Source of the DNA: Antedon mediterranea
Taxonomy: Eukaryota > Animalia > Echinodermata
Reading direction: 5' to 3'
Length of the DNA stretch: 64,000 bases
NCBI RefSeq assembly: GCF_964355755.1
Contig: NC_092679.1
Coordinates: forward strand, 21,125,432-21,189,431
Shown: piece by piece, positions 11,263 to 23,700 of the stretch
Layout: each line of letters opens with the position of its first letter
How positions within the stretch are numbered: the first letter of the stretch is position 1
The notes under the pieces: model-generated
Database searches by the model: none
What the model saw: only the letters and a program-made list of their open reading frames with translations
Told to the model about the DNA's origin: nothing
Position numbers and translations under genes: made by a program

Positions 11263-14200
11263 ATGATTCGGTATACAATTCCTTTCATGTGTTGTCTGGC
11301 GATGTGTATACTGTACTGTATGAGAATGAACTTAAATATCGCCATGACGGTGATGGTGCAAGAGCCGCCGGAGGACGCCGAAACGTGTATTGAGGAGTTG
11401 AGACCGGACGGAGAAAACAAATGTAACAACATTACAACAGATGTATGTAGGCATATTATAGTTATTGTTAACACTTGAAATGACATGCATGTATATCAAT
11501 GGCTAGCCTGAGTTCCAGACGGAGTTCTGACTTAATATTAGTAAAAAGATAAATATTTTAACACCGTATGGCGTTCACATGACAAACAGCGAAAAGCGTC
11601 GAAATAACTTCTAACAAGTCTTTTATCAGTGGCGTATATTGTCGTAAAACAAAAATGTACGCATATTTTTAACGATACAAATTAATGATTATAATAGGGT
11701 AAAGCTACAGGAACATTCGTTTCACGTTATGTTGATTGGGTTGGGGACGAAGCAGCGCTAAAATCGTTGTTTCCTTTTTAATTTCTCAAACAACAAATTG
11801 CAGCTCTTTAAATATTTTTGTTAGCGTCCTATATTTTTACCGAATAGTTGCTTAAACGCTGTCAATATAGTTGCTATAATTATGTCAACACTACACGAAC
11901 CTATGAGTTGTCTTAACTTATTCCGAATTTATATTAACGTATATGAGGCGTATTTGACGTTGTGTTCTGAACGACTGTACTGAAGAAGTTTTTATAGATC
12001 TTTCGTTTTTGGTAAATGTGTTGTAGGCCCATTATGTAAATTGGATTTTGTCGATTTATTTTACAAGGTATGGTTATTTTCTCATAGACAGAAGCATTTG
12101 ACTGGAACACTACAACACAACAGCTTATCCTTGGATCGTTCTACATTGGTTACACCATCATGCCGATTCCCGGGGGTTGGTTGGCAGGACAAATTGGCGG
12201 AAAACGCGTTATTGCGATTGCAGTTGTCTGGTCTTCTCTCCTGACTTCGTTGATTCCAACGGTAGCGGATATCAGTGTTAATCTACTGATTGCGCTGAGA
12301 ATTCTCGACGGATTAGGACAGGTTAGTTTTAACGTTTGACAAGGGTTATGAAATTGGTTAAGCTTGGTTGCCACAACGTAAGGTAATCTACGCAACGTAA
12401 AGTAAAGTGATTGGTCAATTCACTTGCGTTGCGTTACGTCCTTGTGTTGCGTCGCTAGTGGTAACCACGCTTTAAAGCGTGGTTCCTACTAGAACGCAGC
12501 GACGTATCGACGCAAAGTTCTGTATTGCGTAATCACAAGTGGGAACCGACGACGCAACAGTGCTGCAAACATCGCAGATTTGATTTCACGCAGGCCGGGG
12601 GTGGGCGGTGGACACAATCATTAAGCGTGGTTCCCACTAGCGACGCAACACAAGGACGTCACGCAACGCAAGTGAATTGACCAATCATAAGCGATTTGTT
12701 TCTTTTCAATTTCAATTTTTTTCGTTTCTGTTGTATTTATATGGTGTTGATTTTTGTTTGTTTTGTAATACAGTATCACGAACTTGTGTAAAAACAATCA
12801 ATATTGATTGAACGAGTTGTACTGCACATCAGTCTCGTGTCTAAATAAAGTTTATATATATATATGGGTTATTCGCTTGTGATTGCTAACTGTCTATAAC
12901 TTCGCTTGTCATTGGTTAAAACGCTTGCGTTGCGTTTATGTCCTTGCGTTACGTTCTAGTGGGAACCAAGCTTCAGAAGGGCATATTCTTACGTTGCGTA
13001 GATTGCGGTACATAGCGTTGCTAGTGGGAACCAAGCTTAACAGTTTCAGTACAGTAGCTGAAACTTCGTTCTTCCATATAAGAAATCAAAATAAATTAAT
13101 TTTAACTTGCAGGGAATAGCGGTACCGGGAGCCTACGTTCTCATTTCGAAATGGGCGATTCCGAACGAACGAAGTACAATGGTGTCAATTACATTATCTG
13201 GTAAGCCTAATAAAAGAGTAGTGAATAGTAGTACAAACTTTAAAATAGTAAAGTGGGTCACATAATTACTGTCGGTATTCTTGGACTAGATTGTGTTTTC
13301 TTTTTTAGGAATGTGTATGGGTTTAATTATATCAAGCTATTCGTCTGCGTGGATGTGTTCTTCGAATATTTTTGGCGGATGGCACTTTTCTTTTTATTCT
13401 TACGGTAAGCTGATGGACATCTTCACAATCCATTCTGAAAAATTAAACAATGATGTATAATAACATTCATGTGATATGTAAAAATGAATATTTAAAACAA
13501 TAGGGCCTAATAGTCCAATAATTAGGCCTAAATTACAAAACGTTTTCAGTAACATCGGTGCGTCGAGATATGAATACTTTAAGAGATTAATGTGTTATGA
13601 AATTTCATTTCGAAATGAATATATTTTAGTAATAAAAGAACAAGGCCATATACATGGCTGCAGTCGCGTGCTCAAATTTGAGTTAGTGTTTACCGACCAT
13701 CTGACCAACCGACCGACATAGTGAGCTAGAGTCGCGTTGCACGCGGCTAAAAGAGACATCGGTGCGCCGGGCCGTGATTTGTTTCTGTATTCGACGTCTT
13801 GTTTCTTGTTTACTTGTTTCCCGTACACTTTCGTCTACGGGATCGAGGCGAAGCACTCAGTGCTTAAAAGCCCCTCTTAGCAATAAAATCATATTCTATA
13901 TAGGGTGAAAACTTCAGCGGGTGGTTAGACCATGCGACGTTAAGTTTTGCTTTGAACAAGTTCACCGTAGCACATGAAACTACATCCGTAGGCAGAGCAT
14001 TCCATAAGAGAATAACTCTCCTGGAGAACGTGTCCCTTCTAATATTAAGACGAGAGCTTTTAAACTTGAGTTTATATGGGTGTCCACGGGTCCGAGATTC
14101 TAGATCAAATTCAAAAAATGTGTTGATCGAAATACGATCGAAACTTTTAACAATCCTAAAAACTTGGATAATGTCCGCTCTCTGCCTTCGATATCTCATG

Positions 14201-17200
14201 GTAGGAAGACCAAGAATTCTCAAACGTTGTTCATAAGGAATATTATAATCAATCTTGTTGCTCTTTGCTGGACCTTCTCTATTTCATCCTGATCTCGTTT
14301 TCTAATAGGATTATTATAAACAGTGTTACAATATTCAAGCGTTGGCCTGACAATAGACTTATACAGCTTCAAAAATCCATCTTTATTCAAGAATTTAAAA
14401 GATCTATAAATCATTCCTAGTTTCTTATTAGCTCTTTCACAAATATCCGCTACATGCAAATTAAAGATTAAACTAGGATCAAAGGTAACACCTAGATCTT
14501 TCTCCTGCTTTACCTCATGTAGTAAATTACCAGCCATTGAATACAAGAAATTGGGATTATCACGACCATAAGGAAATACCTTACACTTAGTGTCATTAAA
14601 AGGCAATTGCCAAACATTAGACCAATGGGAAGCACTGTCAATGTCTCTTTGAAATAAATCCGCATCATCAATGTTATTGACCACTCTATACAACTTGGTG
14701 TCGTCTGCAAATAAACGTATACTAGATTCGACAACATCAGGTAAATCGTTAATGAAGATTGAAAATAAGATTGGGCCCACAGAAAGCAGATATCATGAAC
14801 AATGCATGGGATTAATTATTGTCTATGTTAAAGCCTCCTAAATATAACCTAATTTACTACTACTACTAACTTAGTACTGTACTACATAAACCATCCAGGG
14901 TCCATTCACAACCAGAAGTCTACCTTAAGCCACACAGCTCTTACTTGCAGAAAACGTTGACACAATATATTTTCCCATTTCCCTCTACATTACAATGTCC
15001 TAATTATGCATGAGTTTAGTTGAGAGAGATTGTTTTGATGGTTAGGTTATGCAAAAAGTATAGAATTTATTTTATTCCTTATGACCTGTTTACACACAAC
15101 GCGGAGCGGACGACCACTCAGGATAGATACATAATAATTCGACGTGGGACCAGCTACGCGGTTTTCCGCTTACCGTTACCGCTCGTCTGCGTAAATTGAC
15201 AATATTAATACATATCATGATTTCTGCTTGAGATGTAGTGTAATCGAAAATTCGCGGCCGGCCATAAACGATGTAAAATACTGAGTATGTTTTTATTGTT
15301 GAACTAGACGTTACTGGCTAGTTGTTTTTTATATTAAATTATTTATATATAATTTCTTTATCATAGGCATTGCTGGAGCTGCTTGGACACTTTTATGGAT
15401 AACACTGATCTACGAGTCTCCCAGTGTGCATCCTTTCATGTCGATCAAAGAAAGAGAACACATTAATTTGGCTTTGAACCAAACTGAACAGAAAAGGGTA
15501 ATCGCTTAATAATTGTAATAAAATTATTTGTATATAACCATTTCAATCGATGTTTCCAAAACTGAATTATTAACTACTATACTATACAGCAACATTGTGG
15601 TCCTGTCTTAAATAAAAAATAGTTTTGTGAAAAGAAATGAGATCGATATTTTGATTTAAATAAGGCAATTATTGTTGGACAATAATATTTAATTTCAGTT
15701 GGTAGGTTATTCCATATTTTAGCGCCTGCAACGTTGAACGACGAGTTCTAAGTTTGTTTCTGTTTCAGTTCAGTGTTCCATGGATAGAAATATTTTGTTC
15801 TTCGCCAGTCCTGGCACTCACACTTTGTATGGTGACGTTTGAATTCGGATGCTATACACTTCTTTCCGACATGCCGTTGTTTTTCAGTCATGTTCTTGGG
15901 TACAGCTTGGAAACGGTAGGTTTCTAAAACGGTACTGTTTCTCCGTGATACAGCATTACATATTGTGTTAATTCTGTATCGAGATTATTTGTAAAGTTAC
16001 GTTAAATACATGTGGAATGTTCGTATGTACTGTAATACTGTACTATAGTACATTAAGGCACCTATAGCAGTAAAATACAATCTTTTCCCAGATCATGGGA
16101 ATATTTGGTAATAACGTATTACCAACTATTCCGATCTTATCTTATTTGTATCATGTAGGCCTAAGGTTTTATGGCAGAAAATTAAATGTCAATTAGTCGT
16201 AAATGTAAACATTATGGATGAAAACTAAGCCTGTTTTAAAGCACCTTTAGACTGATCCTATCATTGACCCATCACTACCAGATTTGAGCACATCACACTT
16301 TTTTTGCCAAACTAGTTTGATAGTGTAAACAGAGCTTAAATGGGGAATACAAATGTTGACGAATTAATACTTTTATTTCGATAATTTCCCTTTTTCAAGG
16401 CTGGCCTTCTGACATTGGTAGCAAACATAATCCAGTTCGGCATCAAATTCACATGTGGATTCATAGCCGATGTTATTATTAACCGTTCATATCTCAGCGT
16501 GCGGAGTACCAGAAAGATGTTTGTGGCGATAAGTGAGTTCAAATGATTTAAAGGGCTTAACATTGAAGTAGTATCTAAGCTTTTAGGTAAATACAACGTC
16601 ATATGTGACAGGTCTTATGATACAGGTTGTGATATCCATGTGACGTTGTAACACGGACTTACTGGAAAAATTGCACAACTTTGTTAAACTCTCCTCCAAG
16701 TCTATTCACTCTTCCTGTTAACATTAGTTTTAACAGATATTTCGAGCGTACTTGTGTGTATATGAAGACCCGCTAGGCCTTTATATTTTGTACAAATAAT
16801 TAAAGTATTTTGAAATAAAAATTAAGCAGTGATCAAATATTACCTAAAAAACATCAATTTTAAAGAATTAATTTTAAACCTCTCCTGTAAACCGGGCTGT
16901 ATCGTTTGAAGTTGCCACCAACCAGGTAGACGTCACAAAACCAGTCTTCCGGAGTAATTCGCCAAAAACTTGAAAATCGCGACTTCAAGCTATATAGACA
17001 TTGCTAAGACAACATTATGGAAGTACCTTAATATAAATAATGACGGATCAGAAAAGTTTATTTCATGTGTTATATATATATATCGATACAAAAAAGTAAA
17101 TTCAATAATTAATTTGTATGTTTTTTTCAACAGCTCTCGGCGTATCATCATTTTTTCTAATTCTATTGAATTATTTCGATAACAATCACGTGACAGTTAC

Positions 17201-18123
17201 CGTTGTTCTAGTGACGATTGTGTATTCCATATATGGATTTGACGTCGCTGGAATATTTTCTAATCCTATGGATCTCTCACCACCATTTGCTGGGATCATT
17301 TCTGGACTGATGTTGACAGCATCCAGTATTACTGGTTTTATCGGGCCATTAGTTCTTGGCACTATTATTAACGGCGAGGTAAATCTTCCTTATAACGACC
17401 TCAACTATGGCACGCCAGGCTGTTGACAGCTTGGCGTTCCATACTAAACAGAACCGTCAATGTCTGTAATCCAACTTCAACCGCCCTGGGCGTCTGCTTA
17501 GAAAGTATATAGGCTTATTACGTTCTGTAGATACTTATACAAATATAACATATTCAGTATTTAGCGACGATAACAACTTGTCCGTCAATTACGGGTGACG
17601 GTTTAAACTCCTTAGAAATGTAATAGTTTGATCCAGTAATCACTTGTAAATGCCAATTTACACAGCGGTAACGGTAATAAAAATATAGAATCTATGTTAT
17701 TCTTTATGACCATTAACACACAACGCTCAGGATAGATACAGGTTCTACGTGGGACAAGCTACGCGGTTTTCCGCTTACCGTTACCGCTCGTCTGTGTATA
17801 TTGGCCTAGCTGTATGTCGTCAGCGGTATGAGAATTGTGTCATATGAAGGCTATTTTAAGCACATTATCCATTTAATACTGAATTAATTTAATACGGTAT
17901 AAGTTAAATTAACAAAATTATTTTATTACAGAACACGCTTCAGAAATGGAACGTATTTTTTGCAGTCGTTGCTGGTATTCATATATTTGGACTTTTGGTT
18001 TTTCTAGCGTTCGCACAAGGCGAAGAGCAAGAATGGTCGAAAAACGCTAAAGTATATGAAGGCGAAAGCTTAGCTTTAATTCGACGTTCAGAAAAAAATC
18101 AGAACCGACATGTAACAGAGTAG
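11263..18123 (+). CDS. SLC17-family (sialin-like) MFS anion transporter, copy A, about 481 aa, intact
   Basis: Exons 11263-11442, 12088-12321, 13113-13200, 13309-13404, 15367-15497, 15769-15915, 16400-16532, 17134-17378, 17932-18123; phase-consistent with no stops. Motifs YCMRMNLNIAM, FDW...ILGSFYIGY...IPGGWLA, KWAIPNERS, YESPSVHPFMS.KE, VPW, RKMF, MDLSPPFAG and AQGEEQEWS. An additional upstream exon cannot be excluded. Confidence 0.9.
12361..13038. mobile_element. Cluster of tandem/nested GCTTGGTTCCCACTAG-type MITEs in intron 2 of copy A
   Basis: Repeated GCGTGGTTCCCACTAG and CTAGTGGGAACCAAGC termini with CGCAACGCAAG subrepeats; largely absent from the same intron of copy C. Confidence 0.7.
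13639..13753 (+). mobile_element. Mini Helentron/HINE (DINE-1-like) element
   Basis: Starts AACAAG, has a subterminal AGTCGCGT, a GACC microsatellite and a 3' hairpin AGTCGCGT-TGC-ACGCGGCT followed by an A-run. A related copy lies at about 55424-55538. Confidence 0.55.
13797..14780 (-). mobile_element. 5'-truncated CR1-clade LINE (RT fragment with one frameshift) in intron 4 of copy A
   Basis: ORF 14220-14780 has GPILFSIFINDLP, LFADDTKLY, EKDLGV and LYKSIVRPTLEYC. ORF 13864-14223 has RTRGHPYKL and WNALP. A 3'UTR stem-loop and (AAACAAG)n tail follow. Absent from copy C. Confidence 0.92.
17651..17806. mobile_element. MITE with GGCCAATTTACACAG...CTGTGTA(A/T)ATTGGCC termini (PIF/Harbinger-like)
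   Basis: TIRs visible; related copies at about 5110-5275, 15085-15200, 46035-46153 and 53992-54167. Confidence 0.55.
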
Positions 18124-20711
18124 TCAATATACCATTTATAAAGAAGGTTTTAAAATATATATTGAGACCTGTTGGAAAAGGGTATAGGAAGGTCTAAGAA
18201 AGACTAAGAAAGTCCTAGAAGGTTTGTTCATCTTTTAAAACTGTGAAAGGGGAGGGGCGGTGCCGACTCGCCCTCGATGAATTCGCGTCTTTGACTGTGG
18301 CGTAAATAGGTGGCTATACATTCTGTTTGTAGCCTAAGCCTATTTATTTTTATTATTTGTCATAGTTTTCGTTGATGAGATTACGTAGTGCATGCGTCCG
18401 TATAGACAGACCCCTTTTTATGTCAGTATTAGTTTGATCTGTTTCCCGTTTAGCTCAACGTAACAAACGTATCAATGTCTATAAATGCAAATTATATAAT
18501 TTAACCCAATTATAAACTTTTGAATTAGTGTATACAAAACAAGATAAAAAAAAATCTGCTCATAGCTGCAAAAGTATTGCAATTAGCATCGAAAGAGTCA
18601 ACTAAAGTCAGTTAACTAGATTAAAGTACTAGATTAAAGTCAGTTAACTAGATTAAAGTCAGTTAACTAGACTATCAAACTTGATGCGAACAAATGTTAT
18701 TACTATTATTTGGTCAAACTAGTTAGTAGACAGAGCTTAGAGTCAGATCGAAAAAAAAAACATATATAAATCTACAAATATATACGTGTAAAATATAATT
18801 ATATTATATATAATAAAATATTAAGAAGGTATTTTTTACATTGTTTTGACATTTTAAAAGCGGATTTACTTGCACTTAAACAGATTATTACATTTTAACG
18901 TATAAGTGGACTAAGGGCGTCGATTTTGCATCATCATCATGTTTAAGGTAGGCATTGAATCCGTTTTATCATAAAGTGTTTATATAAGGAGACACTATAC
19001 ATACAAACGTGTTTAAGATAGGCACATCTATACTTGCCCCAAGTCTGTATTTAATTTGTCAATTTTATGTTTGTTCACCAGATCAAGATTATACGTATAA
19101 AACGCCATATGTGCCAACATATTCATCTTTTCACTAATTTGAAACGCCGTCGAGAACCAAGACAAGGCACTGCATACCGCTTGGTTATCATAAGATGTTT
19201 AAGGTAGGTACTATAGGTCTATTATTGTTTATCATAAAAAGGTAGCACTGTTATACCATTGTTCAGGCATATCGTTATACAAGTGTTTAATGTATAAGGC
19301 GTCCATATGAGGATCACATGCCTTACTGTAGTAATAAAGTAGCCTAGTAGTTTTTTCACTAATTCCTCCATGAGGGGTTGTACACATTTTTGTACTTACA
19401 TTTGCAAGTCTTCCGCTTCAAACTAAACTAATTCCTGTCATTTGATTGGACGATTGTGATTCACTTGGCGTATATTATGACGTACTATTTAAAGATCGTG
19501 GAATAGTACTTGTTTTCGTGTAAGGAAATCTTGTTTTCGACCGAAAAAAGAAAAATCTGCGTGAATTCCAGTAGCAGCATCTGTTGCTCATCGTCTGTAG
19601 TCGAACGGAAGCAACGGCATGCACGACGCGATCTCAAGATACAAGATAACTTTATTGTCAAATAATTCAACAAAGATTTGAAATCTTGATATAAAAATAG
19701 AATAAAATCAGTAAAATGTTAAAATATCAGAACACAAAGTACAATACACAGTACAGTAAAAATATACAGATAAAAATGCAAATACAGGATTTATAAAATA
19801 CAAAAATGCGATTAGGTATTCCCAGATGTTCGAAAATACAATTATTTCACAACAAGATCAGAACAATGAAAGGCAATTTAAAAAAAACCCATACTTGTGG
19901 GAGACATGCCAAAAAAAATAAACCAAAAAATCAAAAACCCAAAAATATCAAATGCATAGCACAGGTAAACAGTCATCTTCTGGTAAACACATTGAAGTTT
20001 ACAATAGATAAATAAATTAATATTTGGATGTTAGATGTTATATAAAATAGAATTTTATCTTTCACCGAGTGAAATTATTACCATCCATCGTACTCATAAA
20101 CATTCATAATGTGTATACTAACCCAACTATAAACACAACATCGGATATTTTGATCTCCCCGAGGTTTAAAAAAAAATTCCGTAAAACCCCTAATATGGCA
20201 ATCCAGGGAAGGAATCGGTTTTTGGTTTAAAATTATTTATTTTAATTTCATGCAATGCGATTTTGTATCCAATTCTCAGTGATGTATTTCCACATACTAC
20301 ATAAAGGTATGCCCAGTATCACTATAGGAATATTTGGTAATACAGCATCTAATTTGTATCACATGTGTGCGGTATCATGTAAGTTTAGGTTAAGGATTAT
20401 GGTATGGTATATTACTATGAGATACATGTGGAACCATGCGATGTTGCAGATGTTGTAATAAAAAAATTGTCCTATATACTGGAGAAATCTAGATACAGTA
20501 CCAAGAATCGGCTGGATGATTTTGTGTTAAGAGTAAACCAGTCAGATTTAGAAGCAGGCAAACGTTTTACAAAGTGCCGCACTTTGCGGCGGTCGGAAAG
20601 TCTCTCCGTGCCAAACTCCTCCACCAAGGCATTATAAGTCAGCCTATTACAAGAAAACTTATTGTTTATTTTCCTTCAAATCAGACAGAGACAATATTAA
20701 ATTTATAATAA

Positions 20712-23700
20712 TTACTCTTTTATTGAACCATTCTGTTTTGATGTGCGAATTAAGGCTATCGTTTCGTCTTCATGTACTTTACTAGCGTTTTTCGACCACT
20801 CTTGCTCTTCGCCTTGTGCGAACGCTAGATAAACCAAAAGTCCGAATATTTGAATACCAGCAACTACTGCAAAAAATACGTTCCATTTCTGAAGCGTGTT
20901 CTGTAACAAAATAATTAGGCTAATTTAAATTTGAATGGTGAGCAATAAAGCGATGGATATGGCCTACTATTAAGATTATATAATAATAGTAATTATAATA
21001 ACATTTCAATGACGAGTTGTTATCACTCAAAATCATGACCAGTAACAAAACTAAAACATAGGCATATTGACATAATTTATTTAAAAACAATATAGGCCTA
21101 ATGTATTGTTTGAAGGTATAGGCCTAAATGATGCAATATCCCTGGCGTAGTTTGTTCATAAACATTTACCTCATCGTTAATAATTGTGCCAAGAACTAAT
21201 GGCCCGATAAAACCAGTAATACCGGATGCTGTCAACATTAATCCAGAAATGACCCCAGAAAATGGTGGTGAGAGATCCATAGGATTCGAAAATATTCCAG
21301 CAGCGTCAAATCCATATATGGAATACACAATCGTGACTAGAACAACGGTAACTGTCACGTGATTGTTATCGAAATAATTCAATAGAATTAGAAAAAATGA
21401 TGATACGCCGAGATCTGTTGAAAAAACATACACATTGATTATTCAAGTTACCTTTTGAAAGAGTTATGATTGCTTGTTACGTAAATATTTTGAGTAGCCT
21501 AAGTTTTCTACACACTCGATACAATTCTTAGTGAGTAGTAAAAACTCACTGCAGGAAAACAAGAATAAAATAGACCACTGTAATTTAGAGGAGAATGTAA
21601 ACGAAATGTGCAATGTGTCACAAGCAGCACACAAATCGGACATTTTGTATCATTAATGAAAATGTGACATTGTCACTTTAACAGTGTGTTGGACGTTTCG
21701 AGGTTCGAATTCAACTCCCATCGCATTGCTTGTATCCTTTAGGCAAGATACTTTACTTACGTTTGCCTCTCTCCACCCAGGTGACGTGTATAAATGGGAA
21801 CCCGGTTAGATCAAGACACAACTTTGCGCTGATTACCAGCTGCATTATGGGAGTATGTTTCCATACGTGTTTGATCAGGAAAAAATTACTGGGGTGATAA
21901 TGTTCAGCGCTTAGAGGTTTCACAACATTAGGCGCTATATAAATTCAGGATATTATTATTAACAATATTCTAGCATACAGTGTTAACATATACTGCAATT
22001 TGGAAGAGAGAGTAGACTCACTTATCGCCACAAACATCTTTCTTGTACTTAGTACGCTGAGATATGAACGGTTAACAATACCATCGGCTATGAATCCACA
22101 TGTGAATTGGATGCCAAATTGGAGTAGATTCGCTATGAGTGTCAGAAAGCCAGTCTAAAAAATAATGTTCAGTTATTGTTGATTTTAGGAAGCGTAACTA
22201 AAACAACATTATAAAGATGCCTATTTTTATTAATTCTATACAGGTCAACAAAATATCTTCTGCCTTTGGTATTCATAAACCTTCCAGACCAACTGTCCAT
22301 CCCCTATCCACTCAGGACACGTTTACACATAAATAGTTCACTCGTGGTAGGCATACTCCACAGTTTTCGAAACCTACCGTTTGCAAGCTGTACCCAAGAA
22401 CATGAGTGAATAACAACGGCATGTCGGAAAGAATTGTATACAATCCAAACTCAAAAGTCACTACACAAAAAATCAGTGCCAGAACTGGTGGGGAACACAA
22501 TATTTCTATCCATGGAACATCCTGCAAAACAAAGATTAACAGAATATAATGCTGTTCTGTAGAACATGACAGCGATTGTCACTGTGGTTTTGGACACATC
22601 GATCGGATATGTAAACATATACAAATTATTAAGTGATTAGGCCTACCCTTTTCTGTTCAGTTTGATTCAACGCCAAATTAATGTCTTCTCTTTCTTTGAT
22701 CGAAATGAACGGATGCACACTTGGAGACTCATAGATTAGTGTTAACCATAAAAGTGTCCAAACAGCTCCAATAATACCTATTAAATATAAAATAATAAAG
22801 CATAGGTAAATAATAGAGTACTAACGAGTTTGCCCGTATACAACCGATAGTAAATTTGTATTTTAACCAATTTCAAATCGTTGGTAGTGCAGTGACCTCA
22901 TTTCCCCATAATGTTAAGATAGCTTTATTAGGCATGTCATGTGCCTAAATATGGTGGTGATATGCCGAAATATGGTAGAGAAGTGTTATTAAATTTGTGG
23001 TTTGGAAAATTGTCTTCATATAGCTTACCATAGGAATAAAAAGAAAAGTGCCATCCGCTAAATATATCCGAAGAACACATCCACGCAGACAAATAGCTTG
23101 ATATAATTAAACCAATACACATTCCTAATAATAATAATAATTTAAAAAAAACACATGATCAAGCCTGTTTATAACTATAGAGTAATACTACCGTCTTACC
23201 ATAACCGAGAATGTTGACAGTAAGACGTGCCGTGTCGGGCCTCGTCTACAACGCTGTCCGAGTTGGCCATAAGAAAATCCAATGATGGAAGGAACCACAG
23301 TGTGAAACATTTCACTAATATGGCGTAAAGGGTCTTTCACACAGTTTCATTTTTACGCGGCTACGCGCATATTTCATCGCATAGCTGCGTGGGGTGTCGT
23401 GAAAATGGTCTTTCACGCCTGTTCCGGCACGGTTCCGATCCGTTTCGTTTTCACATCAAGCGGCCGCGTGGAGCGTCGTGGACCACTGGAACGGAACCGT
23501 GCCGGAACATGTTGTGTGAAAGACCCAATTTAGACTGTTGTGGCTTCCGCAAGTGGTAAGGTAATCTACGGATTCAGAAATCTGGATTATACGTAGGCCT
23601 ACCAGATAATGTAATTGACACCATTGTACTTCTTTCATTCGGCATCGCCCATTTGGAAATGAGAACGTATGCTCCCGGTATCGCTATTCCCTGCAAATGT

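Noticed and set aside
19640-20400. Possible old LINE remnant between A and B
   Set aside because: Composition is suggestive but no diagnostic motif could be read.
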